64,000 bases of DNA from the NCBI GenBank assembly GCA_965287045.1, contig OZ336876.1:54188001-54252000 (forward strand), read 5' to 3'. This document shows positions 13,951 through 26,334 of this stretch, in pieces. The notes beneath the pieces are model-generated. The model worked only from the letters and a program-made list of their open reading frames with translations, was not told where the DNA came from and ran no database searches. How positions within the stretch are numbered: position 1 is the first letter of the stretch; the number at the start of each line of letters is the position of its first letter. This stretch comes from Carcharhinus amblyrhynchos. Taxonomy: Eukaryota. Both the position numbers and the translations under genes were made by a program.

Positions 13951-14159
13951 TGTAGAATTGGTTGTGGGCAGAAAATCACTTTGACAATATTGGATCATGA
14001 TGAGACCCAGAAGTAGTGGAAAAGTATACTCCAATCTAGGAACATGAATCTCTGGCCAGGACCAAACTGAAGTTGAGAAACCACACCAGTCTCCAGGCTT
14101 TGACAATAATTTGTCAAGACTCCACACCAACTCCACAAGACCGACGTCAACTTTGATCT

Positions 14160-14170
14160 CCCCCCCACCC

Positions 14171-14246
<76 letters not shown>
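14160..14246. repeat. Poly-C run followed by (CA)30
   Basis: Seen directly: C-run 14160-14187 with one A interruption, CA repeat 14187-14246. Confidence 0.98.
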
Positions 14247-14249
<3 letters not shown>

Positions 14250-14276
14250 TCTGACTTTAACTCTGGACTCCATTCT

Positions 14277-14530
14277 CTAAGAGACAGAACTCTTCCTGTC
14301 TCTTAGCACCACAAGTTGTATGTTTAACACATGGTGAGCCAAGCTCTAGAAAATAAGCATGCTAAGGAGAGGTGTTTTTAAAAGGCTGTATGAATAACAA
14401 AATGATTTATGATTTGATTCATTTCAATAATTCTACCTTTTTAATATTTCAGTTTTGCAAATCATTCCTTTAACATAGGGAGCAACCATGAAAACAGGAG
14501 AGAGCAGGAATAGCAGAGCGAAGAGGGTAC
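14277..14530. repeat. Local templated duplication mosaic: inverted copy of 12819-13004 plus direct copy of 13219-13268
   Basis: 14291-14473 is the reverse complement of 12819-13004. 14474-14530 matches 13219-13268. Confidence 0.92.
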
Positions 14531-14656
14531 CCATTCATATCTCTTTACTACCAGAAAATGTGTATCCTAATAATTGGAGTTTGACATAAATGGCTTTATT
14601 TTTATATGGAGATTTCACATTGACTTGTAAAGTGTGATATAGCTCCAAACATTATG

Positions 14657-14860
14657 GGGAGGATATTTTGACCTCTCTGCAGTGTGTTTCTCGTGGTGGG
14701 AGGTGGCACGCCATTTGCCAGCCATGGGATTTTCTGGTCCTGCCAGTGGGATTTCCCATTGATTACAAACCCCTCCCCTCAGGAAAACTGCAGCAGGGGT
14801 GTGCCACCAGTGAGACCAGAAGATTCCGCCAGTGTGAACATCTGGATAATTCTGGCCTTT
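14657..14860. mobile_element. Small MITE-like element
   Basis: GC-richer insert with degenerate terminal inverted ends and internal palindromy. Confidence 0.5.
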
Positions 14861-15589
14861 ATGGCATTATTTTGGGAATAGAAATTGACTATCTACAGGT
14901 GGTGCAGGTTAAAATCTGCACATCATCCAATCTTGGAGTTTCGGGTCAAAAAATTTCCATATAACCTCATAAGCATTTTTTTTGATAAAGGAGTATTTTG
15001 CTCTCTTAATTTGTGACGGGCTGAGTTTGAAGATAGAGGTCTGTCCAATTGCTTATTGTTACTTTTTCATATCTATGCCAATAGGAAAAAATGCTGAGAT
15101 TCACTTGCCCTCCTTGGGTATTCTCCGTATTGCAATGGGTCCAGGTCAGTTGACTCAAGAAGTGTTTTTTATAATTCGATTGGAGTTAGTTGAAACCAAG
15201 CAGAACAACACGGGTAGTCAGGAATAATTGGCAATTCAGAGCCCAGAATATCGACATGATTTTTATATATACTCAGATATTATGTCATTATTTGTACCGT
15301 GTGTAATTTTTCATTTACGTACTTTTGAATTAGTTTTTTGCACTTTGTGCTGAATCGAGCATTTTTCTAGAGCTTTTGGCAATCTGTGTTGCCTTTGAGG
15401 TCTTCGTTACAGAGCATGAAAGAGATAGCACCAAATTCCTTCTAATATGATGCAATAATTTACCCCTGCTTAATTAGTGTGAGTCTTCCACTTGTCAGTC
15501 TGCCCTCTCTGTGATCTAAAGTTTAAAGTTTTTTTTTATTGGAGTGGGATTTTCCGGCTGCGCTAGCTCCAAGACAGGAAAATTCTATC

Positions 15590-15850
15590 CTTAGTGTCAC
15601 AAATAGGCATGCATTCACACTGCAATGAAATTACTCCAGTGCCTGTTTGGGTACACTGAGAGAGAATTTAGCATGACCAGTGCACCTAATCAGCATGTCT
15701 TTTTGACTGTGGGCAGAAACTGGAGCACCCAGGGGAAACCCACACAAACACAGGAAGAACATGCAGACTCTGCACAGACACTCACCCAAGCTGGGAATCA
15801 AAACCAGGTCCTTGGTGCTTTGAGGCAGCAGTGCTAACCACTGTGCCACT
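15590..15850 (-). mobile_element. V-SINE, second subfamily
   Basis: Homologous to the 11188 and 56988 copies. Confidence 0.85.
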
Positions 15851-16559
15851 GTACCCCCACTGTGTAACATTTGCTAGTTTATTGCCATTTGTAAACCATT
15901 TTGCACTGCCATCAGGAAGCAAGGCTCGTCTTAGGAAATGCCCAAATAATTCCAAGTGGTAGAAAGAAGAGATTCTCATTTCATTACTCTGAGTTGGATT
16001 CGATATCAGAGGTGAAATAAAATTGTGTCAGTCCGTGCAGAATCCAGCCCTTCTCCCATGTGGATCTCACTACCACAGGAGTGCTTGAGGCAAATGACAG
16101 CTGGGTAAATAAATGAGGGAGAAAGGAATAGGAGGATACTGTCAGGCCTTTATTCTTGATTTCTCCACTTGCTCATACCCAATTGAGGCTGTTTCCACTT
16201 GCACTGCACCCCCAACTACCATTTATGTTGCAAGTATTCATAGTTTTATTGGGCAATATTGGTATATTTAAAGTATTTTTAAAATCCTTCAATGCTAGCT
16301 GAAATGAACAGGAAGGTGCTGTTGCACAAAGAATGTGTAACAACAACAGCTTTCCTGTTTTTAGCATCAATGGATTATTGCTAAAGTATAGATTGCTAAG
16401 TGTGATTCTATGTGTATGCAAATTGTAGAAAGGCAGAGGTGAGGTACTGTTGTTATTGTTCTCCAGATCACTAATAAGTGTTGTCAGGAAAGACTGCTTT
16501 CAGGTGTGACAATGCAGAGGTGTTATGTTCTATCATAATTTTTTTCCTGACATATTTGT

Positions 16560-18600
16560 GGTGAAGATTTTTCACCATTTTACAAACCATGCAAGAAACC
16601 CTCAAGGATTGCTGCAGTACAGTGTAATCATTTTCCCACAAATACATGCAGAAAAAGACAGGGGAGCACCAATGCAGTTGGTTCAGATTATTCATTACAA
16701 ACGGTGCCTCCAAAGATACAAACCATAAAAGGATGATTCAGAGATTGGGGGATAACAGGATAAAGCTATGAGTCCGTGGCTCTCACGCACAGGATACTAG
16801 AAATAAATAAGTCAAACAACGTGGAGCCCAGCTTCTTGCAGGATCCAAAGCCAAATACTTGCTTAGGTTCTGCAGGCAAGAGGATTTTTATTTCCTCACT
16901 GGGGAAGCCTTAGCACCAAAAAGAACTGTCTAAGTAAGGATGAAGTTAAACGGAATATCTTGGAGTATCACAAAGCGATCGGGAAGCAAATCAAACATTG
17001 CCCTGTTTAGTTCGAGACGCCCCCACCCTCCAGAAGAGTTGCTTGTGAACTCTCTTCCGTTTCAGAAAAGACACACTCCTCCCTCCTTAGATAGGGTAAG
17101 TGCCTACACAGCGCACCCACCAACAAAATGCAGACCCACCGCCAATCATAAGCAAAGAATATTTTCCTGTACTGGCAATATCAGGACAACCTCTCAAGCT
17201 CTTCAAGGATACTAAACCATCAGTGTTTAATTTTGACATGGGGCTAAAGGCAAAGTGGATATATTCCCACACCCACCCTGCCTCCTTCGCGCAAAAAAGA
17301 TATAGAAAGATCAGCCACTGTCTTAGTTTGCAGTAATGCAGAGAGGATTATACCTAGACTACGTCTCGCCCACTCCATCAAATGAGCACACTAAGGAATG
17401 TGTTCCATTTAAACAAATGTATTCCCCACACACTCCAGGATTTTCAAAGCAGCTACTGCCATTGCATATTCAGCCAAGGAGAATATAGGACATTGACACA
17501 AAGTGCCATGCTTAGTCGTGCACCATACTTCTCCATCTCCAGATAAATATTGCACAGCCTGAGTGCTATACAACCTACCAGCAGAATCCCCAACACACTC
17601 AAGCTGTTTAAGGATATTAAACCATTCGGATTCAATTTTAACACAGGATCTGAACCAATGCAGGAAGTTCCCCATGTCAGTTTGCACCCCTGGCATAATG
17701 AGGATATATTAGGATCAAATCTATGTCATAGGCTTAGAATAATTAAAGGAACACGTTGAGGGCTGTCTTTCATTATAAACATGGGGTGACCCTGGTTTCC
17801 AGATGATAACAGGTGAAATTCACCTCATTGTTCACATACTAGATCATCCCTGCCAAGGTGATAAATCTAGTCTCATCGAAATCTCTGCACCCAAAACTAT
17901 GAAAACACATGAATCTCAATCGGGGATCAGGCCTCAAACAAGATATGGTGTACCCTTTCAAGATTAGTATATCCAGCTTTCATGCCAAAATTAAGAAGGT
18001 GTGATGGCTAGTTCTCAAAAAATTGAGAAGAAGCTTGCCCTTGGCTCCTTCTGGAAAGCTGGTCACGTGGACACTCCTCCAATGACCCCGGCTCTCCAGA
18101 TATCTAACATACCATTCACTGAATTCCAAGGATTGAAAGCAGCCTTCAACTGAGGAAGCTGCATTCTCATCAATAAGGATCCTCATCTCCCCCTTGCATC
18201 AAGCTTCTTATCGATATTCTGCAGTTTAGCAGCATGAGCACTGAAATTCTGTGCCAAAAAACCGAGTTTGTCGTCTATAACCTTAATCAATTTGGCAGTC
18301 ATCATCCGAAACACCTTCAACTTCGCCAGGTCAAGATTCTGCTCACTGACAAAATCGCCATATTGGGGACTTAGTTCCATCCCAGTCAGCTCGGACTGCT
18401 TCCTTCCATTGAGGATTACCATGACTTTACTCTTCTTCTTGTCCCAAAACTTAACCAGAAATCTTCCACAGACACAGTACAGAGTTTTCACTCCAAGATT
18501 AGGTATTTATGGAGTATGCGTCAGGGTAAATTATAGGATTAAAAGATGAGTCGTGCCAGAGCTCATGGAAACCAACCATTCCTGTGCTTGGATCATGTGA
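16560..18600 (-). mobile_element. Internally deleted L1-clade LINE relic (ORF1 plus ORF2 scraps)
   Basis: Minus ORFs 18183-18491 (coiled-coil-like) and 17980-18186 (YLESRGHWRSVHVTSFPEGAKG, resembling the L1 ORF1p LENRxRRxNIRIxGLPEG motif). 17409-17696 weakly resembles RT GTRQGCPLSP. Confidence 0.6.
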
Positions 18601-18974
18601 CCATCATGTTTTCATAAATTTTGTTCCTACAATCTTAGAAATAAAAATGATAAAGTATCACCACCTTTAGTTGTGTGTAGTTGCCTTTTCAACTGTGAAA
18701 GAACAGCTGACATACCAGCAGTGTTTGTTTGCTGTCACCATTTTACCAGTGAGACCAAAACTGGCAATGGTGCTGTCACTGAGTTTTAAATATACGTCAG
18801 TAAACCTTCAATTCATCCTTTGTCTTTTGTGTCTGTTTGTATACCCGTGTGCCTCTGAATGCCAACTCTTGTAAGCTCTCATATATACTTCACCTCCATC
18901 ATTCACTTGCTTTTATTAAATGTTCCCTCCTGAAGCTAGGTCAAGTGAAAACTGCTTGTTCTGTTCAAAATACT

Positions 18975-20265
18975 TTTATTTATTTACTGGATGTGGCAGT
19001 CGCTGGCTGGATCAGAATTTATTGCTTATCCATAATTACTCTTGAGAAGGTGATAATGAGCTGCCTTCTTGAAGCACTGCAGTCAGTCCACGTGCTGTTG
19101 GGGAGGGAGCTCCAGCGGCATTGAAGGGGCAGTGATGTATTTCCAAGTCAGGTTGGTGAACGACTTGGAGGGGAGTTTCCTGGTGGTAATCCCAGATATC
19201 TGCTGCTCTTATCCTTTAGATTGGTAGCAGTCATGGGTTTAGAAGGTGATTCCTGAGGAGTCCTGGTGAGTTCCTTCAGTGCATTTTGTAGATTTAACAC
19301 ACTACTGGTACTGTTCACCAGTGATGGAGAGAGTGAATGTTTGTGGAAGGGATAACAATCAAGCGGGCTGCTTTCTCCTGGATAGTGTCAAGCTTCTTGG
19401 GTGTTGTTGGACCTGCACTTATCCAGGCAAATGGAGAGCATTCCAGTGCGCTCCTGACTTGTGTCTTGTAGATGGTGGACAGACTTTAGGGAAATTGGGA
19501 TGTGAGTTACTTATCACAGGATTCCTGGCCATTGATCTGCTTTTGTAGCCACAGTGTTACTATGGCTGATCCAGTTCAGTTTCAGGTCAATATTATCGCC
19601 CAGGATGTTGGTAGTGGGGGATTCTGCAGTAGTAATGCCACTGAATGGTAATTGTTAGATTCTCTCTTGGTGGAGATGGACATTGCCTGACACTAGTGTG
19701 GCATGAAATTTACTTGTCATGTATCAGCTCAAGACTGGTTGTTGTCCAGGTTTTGCTGCAGGTGGGCATGGACTGCTTCAGTATCTGAGGAGTCACAAAT
19801 GGTGCTGAACATTGTGCGGTCATCAGCAAACATCCCCACTTCTGATCTTATGATGGAAGGGAGGTCATTGATGAAGCAGCTGAAGATGGTAGGGCCTAGG
19901 ACACTACCCTGAGGAACTTCTGCAGTGATGTCCTGGAGCTGAAATGATTGACCTCCAACCACCACAACCATCTTCCTTTGTGCCCATATGACTCCAACCA
20001 TCAGAAGGTTTTCCCTTGATTCCCATTGACTTCTGTTTTGCTAGGCTCCCTGATGTCACCCTCGATCAAATGCTGTCTTAATGTTAAAGGCAATCACTCT
20101 CATCTCATCTCTGGAGTTCAGCTCCTTTGCCCATGTTTGAACCAAGGCTATAATGAAATCGGGAGCTGAATGATACTGACAGAACCCAAACTGAGCATTT
20201 TTGAGTGGGTTATTGCTGAGTAAGCGCTTCTTGGTAGGGCTGTTGATGACCCCTTCCATCACTTT
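18975..20265 (-). mobile_element. CR1-type LINE, 3' 1.3 kb including RT relic
   Basis: Minus ORFs give VPQGSVLGPTIFSCFINDLPSIIRSEVGMFADD and NAQFGF...IAFNIKTAFDR (RT motifs), with frameshifts. Confidence 0.92.
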
Positions 20266-20430
20266 GCATCTGTTTTATAAGCCTCAATGTGGAGCTTCCA
20301 GAATTGAAAGGTGTTGATTTTATTTATTTTTATTGTTTGCAAGATTGACGTGAATAACTGATTTCTTTCAAAAAAAGTACATTCAAAACAATGCACTAGT
20401 ATACTTCACATTCCCCTAGATGTTCCTCAT

Positions 20431-20810
20431 AGTAAGACGTCTACAACACCAGGTTAAAGTCCAACAGGTTTATTTGGTAGCAAATGCCACTAATTTTCAG
20501 AGCTCTGCCCCTTTGTCACGTGAGTGTCCTGTCTAGAGACAATACACATCTCTTTAACCTATGCTTAATGTTATCTCCACTCACATTGTCTGCACCTTTA
20601 AGACTTGATTAGCTGTAAAGACTCGCATTCTAATCAGTATTCTTAAACTGAATGTGTGCCTTTATATGCCCTGTTTGTGATCTGAACTCCCCACTCACTA
20701 GCCCTGAAAGCTAGTGGCGTTTGCTACCAAATAAACCTGTTGGACTTTAACCTGGTGTTGTGAGACTTCTTATTGTGTTTACCCCAGTCCAACGCCGGCA
20801 TCTCCACATC
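20431..20810 (+). mobile_element. Penelope-like element (PLE) end with inverted partial terminal copy
   Basis: Terminal inversion acaacaccaggttaaagtccaacaggtttatttgg / ccaaataaacctgttggactttaacctggtgttgt. Flanked by direct repeat atgttcctcatagt (20420-20433 and 20811-20824). Same family as 50838-51250. Confidence 0.85.
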
Positions 20811-21749
20811 ATGTTCCTCATAGTCCAGTATTTATTTTTCCTCCTCCAATTTTTTATTTAGTTCCCTTTTGAAAGCTACCATCTGTATCCACCAGTCTTT
20901 CAAGGAATGAATTCCCGATCACAAGGGTTCAATGCATTATTAAAGAAGTCTTCTCTTCTCCCTTTTGATTCTTTTGCTAATTATGTTCAATCTCTCCCAA
21001 ATGGTTACCTGACTCTTATCTTGGACAGATTGGGTGGACCAGTGGATCTTTTCTTGTCCATCATTGTTTGCATGTTCATGTACCCTTGTGATTTTGAACA
21101 TCTCTATTAGATCTGACCTCTAAGATGAACAATCTCAGTTTCTCCAGTCCCTTCACATAACTGAAATTCATCACTCATGGTATTATTCCCTTATATGTTA
21201 AGTTTCAATTCATTGCAGATTTGTTTATCTTGAAGGCCGAGGTGAGACTTTGATGCATGAACGCTCATGTATTCCTTTCAGTTAGCCTTCATGTGCAACT
21301 TCTGCAGTCAGCTTGCTGCACAATATTTTGCAGAATGGAGTTTGTGTAGCATATGCTGTGTTTTATTGCAGTCAGATACACAGAACATCAAGACATTGTT
21401 TAGGACAGTATACAATTCCTTCATTTTTATTGGCAAAATTACGGATAATCTAAATTTTAAATTTAGTGAAAAATGTTTGACAGTGTAAATAAAGAATAAT
21501 TAAAATAAAGTTAATCCTTTCTTAAACTTTCAACTGTTTAGCCATTTACATTTGACAGCATGTAAGTTAGTCTGATTGCTGCTGCACTCCCATCCTGTTT
21601 GATTGTACATTGAGTGAGATAACCAGAGAGAAGATCAAGGTTCAGACTTGTGTCACCCATGCTGGAAAAGTGAATATTTTGGATCCAATGGAACAATTAC
21701 GTTTACACAAAAGCAAAATACTGCAGATGTTGGATACCTGTTACATTAC

Positions 21750-22270
21750 CCTGCCAGATATTTTTCCAGGAACAGGCGGTTCTGCCCACCAGCTGAGATG
21801 CCAAGGCCACGCCTGCCTGTGCAGGCCCGGGAGGCCACAGCCATTATTTACAGCCATCAGCAGTTAATTGTCTGCAGTCATGATCTTTGCCCCAATGAAG
21901 GAGGGTGCCCTGCCTCCCAAGAATGGCCAACCAATCAGATGGTCGGTAACTTTGGCCCCGGCAGTGCCACTGCTGGGACTGCAGGCAGACCCTGACTAAA
22001 AGTATGAGGGAAGTCAGAACCCAAGGTATGTCAGGCCAGTCAGGCAGATCCAGGAGAGGAAGGAGAACTGGGGTTGGGGAGAAGGGCGTGGAAAGAAGAT
22101 GAGGCAACCCTCCCACCTCCCCACCCCCAAACCAGGTTCTAGGATTTACCAGGTAAAATACCAGCAGTGACAGATGGAAGTCCCCAGAGCCATCTGTTGA
22201 CCACTGAAAGACCTCTATTAGCCCAAGGCAGGGCTTCTGACACCTATCCTACTGTTGGTAGAATTTTAGG
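21750..22270. mobile_element. Decayed GC-rich MITE-like element
   Basis: GC-rich island with motifs shared by other MITE-like inserts; termini are degenerate. Confidence 0.45.
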
Positions 22271-23388
22271 GGTAATGATAGGCATGGTGGTCCCTGACAT
22301 TCCATCTTGATTTAACATCTCCTTCTCTGCCAGCCCATTCCCAGAGAGGAGGAGTGTACAATTCCAGCTACCATTTTGTCCCTGTAAAATAGATTTGTGT
22401 GGACGAACTCTAGGCAAAATTAGTGAAATTGAATCCTGACAAGGCAAGAGTGCATGTTGGGTTGCATTGCGTTTCTACAGCTACAGTGTGACTACAAAGC
22501 TGGACTGTCTAGGAAATTATTAAACTGTTTAATGTTGGCAAAGAATCAAATGCCCTGTTAGCACTTAGCTAATATTAGGATTAACTGAGATTTTGACACC
22601 AGTGAATATGGATTCAAGTACACATGTGCCAAGCACACTTTGCCTGGCCAGGGCATGACTCGAGGTTGGCAGTATAACTGATTCAAATGGCACAAAGCAG
22701 ATACCAGGTTCAAACTGGCACCTGTTGTGCCACCAGTATTGTAAAACTGTGTCCTCAAATGATAGATTTGACTAAGCTATCATGTATTTGCATTCCACTT
22801 GACAATTTAAACCTTGAATTGTCTTGGGGAAATGAGGGAATGATTCAAATTTGAAACCATTAAAAATACACTGGCTTGAATATAATTCTCTGGATAACCT
22901 TGAAAGGACATTGTAAAATTCAAAATTTGTCTTTTAGTGAACAATAGGAAAGGTGAATTTTATTTTTTGTTCCTAGTTTTTTTTTGCAGATTGTGAATTA
23001 TTTTGTTGTATGTCTTTGACGTGATTACAGGGGATACAGTTTTTTTTTACAGATTATTAGTTATGGTAGAATAACGAGCAGCCCCCGTCCCAGTTCTTAT
23101 TAAAAGAGGAATTTCCTTTATACTGCAATAGATTTCTCTAACTAGATATCACAAATTTGCATTCTGTGTTGGTAAGCACTAAGAGGCATGTTTTCCATTA
23201 ATATTTCATAATTAGCCGAACTGCTTTAATCAAATACTGTTGACAACAGGCACGCCTCTTCATTGCTGATCCTTTCCGTCCACTGGGCATCTATTATGAA
23301 CTGGAAAAGACTTATCATAAGACTTATTATACACACTCTACATATTGAGGACAGTAAATGTATCAACCTTCTTCTTTTTGATGTGCAG

Positions 23389-23495
23389 GTATGCGGCAAG
23401 GCAATGATATTGGCACACAGTACCGCTCGGTCATTTACCCATACACACAGGAGCAGATGGCTGCAGCTCTGAAATCCAAAGAGGCCTATCAGGAG
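23389..23495 (+). CDS. MSRA: MSRA internal coding exon (equivalent to human exon 5), 107 nt
   Basis: Acceptor cttctttttgatgtgcAG and donor GAG|GTATTG. Splices in frame to the previous exon giving (G)[35 protein letters not shown], with the MsrA RQGNDxGTQYRS motif. Confidence 0.97.
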
Positions 23496-24844
23496 GTATT
23501 GTGCATACACGTTTAGAGGGAGATTATTTTCTTTAACTGTTTCGTGGCCAGACCTGTGCCACAATTGTGTTTTTAAGCAGCAAAAGGGTTTTGATGCTTT
23601 TGCAGTCATCTGGCTGCATGGTTATAGTTATTAATCCAGAGATAAAATTTACAGCCACCCTTCTGATTTGTTTAATTGATATTGTTTAGGTTTATAATCA
23701 GACACGTTAATGTCCATTGCTATAGTTTTACTCATTAGTTCTCGCCATTTTGTTTTAGAAAGTATTTTTTCAATTATGAACGGCAGGTGTTTGAGAAACA
23801 TGAAAAGTGGCCTACATTTTCCAAAATGGGTTTAGAAATCTTAATTCCTTATTGTTTCCTGCCTCCATGTTGTTGTTTTTTGAACAGAAAAATGAGACTG
23901 CAAGCAGCTATTGTACTTTCTACATCAATGTGGTATCATGAGGAGAAACTTGTATTAAAAATTTACGTAGTAGTTGAGATTATTTTGTACAACATCCAAA
24001 ATATTCTCTCAGCTGTAGCGCCAGAAAACAATGTTTAACTATTTGGATTGCAAATGCCACTGGCTGGATCATGGTGCTCTAATAGGTCAAATTGTTTGAC
24101 CTGAATTGCATGAAATTATGTTTTAAAATATACTTTATTTAAAAATGAACAAAATTCTGCAACCTGACTTTCCTCCCTACACCACTCTCCCATCGCACTC
24201 TTTTTGTTTTAGAAAACAGTCATACACACGTTTGTGCAGAGCTGTTACTGAAAACAGTAAAACCAGAGTAGAAATGATGGCTTAGTGATTATGTTGTTGG
24301 AAGAGTAATCCAGAGGTCAAAATAATAGAATTACAGAAATGGTTACAGCACAGAAAGAGGCCATTTTGGCCCCTTGTGTCTGTGTCAACTCTCTGCAAGA
24401 GCAGCTCTGCTCCTCTCCTCTGCTCTTTTCCCATGGCCTTGAACATTTTTTTGTCTTCAGCTAATTATCAGTTTTCCTTTGAAAGCCACGGTTGAATTTG
24501 CTACTGTAATACTCTAGGACAGTGCTCTCTAAACCCTAACCACTCGCTGTGTAACAAAGCTTTTCTTCCTGTCTTCCTGTTGTTCTTGTGTCAATCAATT
24601 TAAATCTATGTGCTCTGGGTCTTGGCCCTTCCACCAATCAGCAGAGTTTCTCTCCATCCATTCTGTCCAGATCAACACTTCACCAAATCTTCTTCAACCT
24701 TCTCCAAAGAGAACAGCTCCAACTTTGTCAATCTGTTCCCGTAACTTAGTCTCTCATTCCTGGAATAATTTCTGTAAATTTTTCTGCACCCATTGCAGTG
24801 CCATTTACTCTATGCTTTTTTTTATAAAGTCCAGGATGCTGTAT

Positions 24845-25290
24845 GTATGAAGAGAGATTGATTAGGTTAAGATCATTCTCGCTGAAGTTCAGACAAATGA
24901 GGGGGGACCTTACAGAGATTTATAAAATTCTAACAGGATTAGAGTAGATGCAGGGAGGATGTTCCTGATGGTGGGGGAGTCCAGAACCAGGGGTCACAGT
25001 CTGAAGATTCAGGGTAGACCATTTAGGATGGGGGTGAGGAGACATTTCCTCTCCCAAGGAGTTGTGAACCTGTGGAATTCATTACTACAGGAAGTAGTTG
25101 ATGCCAAAACATTGAATGTATTCAAGGGGCGGCTAGATATAGCATTTAGGGCGAATCTTGGGATCAAACATCATGGGGAGAAAGCAGAATTAGGCTACTG
25201 AGTTGGACGATAAGCCATGATAGTGATGAATGGTGGAGCAGGCTTGAAGGGCCAAATGGCCTCTTCCTGCTCCTATCTTCTATGTTTCTT
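24845..25290 (+). mobile_element. 5'-truncated CR1 (HER1-like) LINE 3' end
   Basis: ORF 24959-25201 ESRTRGHSLKI...FLSQGVVNLWNSL...FKGRLD is the classic CR1 ORF2 C-terminus. Tail ggccaaatggcctcttcctgctcctat. Confidence 0.92.
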
Positions 25291-25600
25291 TGCCAAATTA
25301 ATTCATATCTCAACCCTCCATGTTACCTTCAATGATTTGTGCACATGTACCACTCCCCTGTCTGTGCTCCTGCACCCCCTTTGGATTGTACATTTCATTG
25401 TATAGTGCCTTTTACCTCATTGTATCACTTCATATTTCTCTGCATTAAATTTAATCTGCAATGTGTCTGCTCATTCCATCAGTTCTCTTGAAGTCCCTAT
25501 CCTCCTCATCGTTCACAATATTTCCAAGTTGTGTGTCATCTGCAAATTTTTAAATGGTGTCCGACACTCCAAAGTGTAGGTCATTTAAATAGATCAGGAA

Positions 25601-25930
25601 AAGCAGGGGGCTAATACCAACCCCAGGGGAAGCAGGGGGCTAATACCAACCCCAGGGGAAGCAGTGGTCTCAATACCAACCCCAGGGGAAGCAGTGATCT
25701 CAATACCCACCCCAGGGGAAGCGGTGATCTCAATACCCACCCCAGGGGAAGCGGTGATCTCAATACTGACCCCAGGGCAAGCAGTGATCTCAATACCCAC
25801 ACCAGGGCAAGCAGTGATCTCAATACTGACCCCAGGGCAAGCAGTGATCTCAATACCCACACCAGGGGAAGCAGTGATCTCAATACTGATCCTTGGGGAA
25901 GCTGTGGTTCCAGTACTGTCCCCTGGGGAA
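25601..25930. repeat. Minisatellite, about 11 units of 29-30 bp (aagcagtgatctcaatacccaccccagggg)
   Basis: Seen directly; explains the repetitive ORFs at 25594-26023. Confidence 0.97.
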
Positions 25931-25959
25931 CCCCATTATATATTGTCCTCCAGTCTAAA

Positions 25960-26045
25960 AGACAATCATAGAAAATGCTGGAAAAACTCAGCAGGTCTGG
26001 CAGCATCTATGGAGAGAGAATAGAGCCAACGTTTTGAGTTCACCA
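25960..26045 (-). mobile_element. Penelope-derived terminal fragment, second family
   Basis: aaaatgctggaaaaactcagcaggtctggcagcatctatggagagag...aacgtttt. Related relics at about 21705-21750 and 60200-60340. Confidence 0.6.
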
Positions 26046-26334
26046 TTTTGCTTATGTTGTTTCTCAAGAATGATGGACACAATTCTTTGCAGATGTATTC
26101 TTTCTGCATATAAACCCTATAATAGTCATATGTAGAAGTTTTGTTATATAACTGGACATATTACAAACAGGTTTTCTACCATATAACCCAGAGGAGGTGA
26201 GTTCAGATCCCGCCATGGTAGCTTAAAGATTTGAATTCAGTTGAAACTGATCTCAGTAAATCTGGCCATATCATTAAAACTCTCCCAGTTTCGCGCGCAC
26301 CCAGCACTTAGAATCAAAATGGTAAAATAAGGCC

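Larger units (their letters stand above)
24325..25960 (-). mobile_element. Older CR1 LINE fragment, interrupted by a + strand CR1 and hosting a minisatellite
   Basis: The minus strand ends in a CR1-type tail near 24325. RT relic GVPQGTVLEP at about 25905-25935 and tcatctgcaaat (FADD) at about 25535. Confidence 0.75.

Noticed and set aside
13882-14273. ORFs with CVCVCV and poly-Gly
   Set aside because: Translation of the (CA)n and poly-C microsatellite.
25594-26023. Repetitive ORFs on both strands, and a CRISPR-like periodic appearance
   Set aside because: Head-to-tail minisatellite with no unique spacers, in a vertebrate intron. The ORFs are a by-product of a stop-free 30-bp unit.
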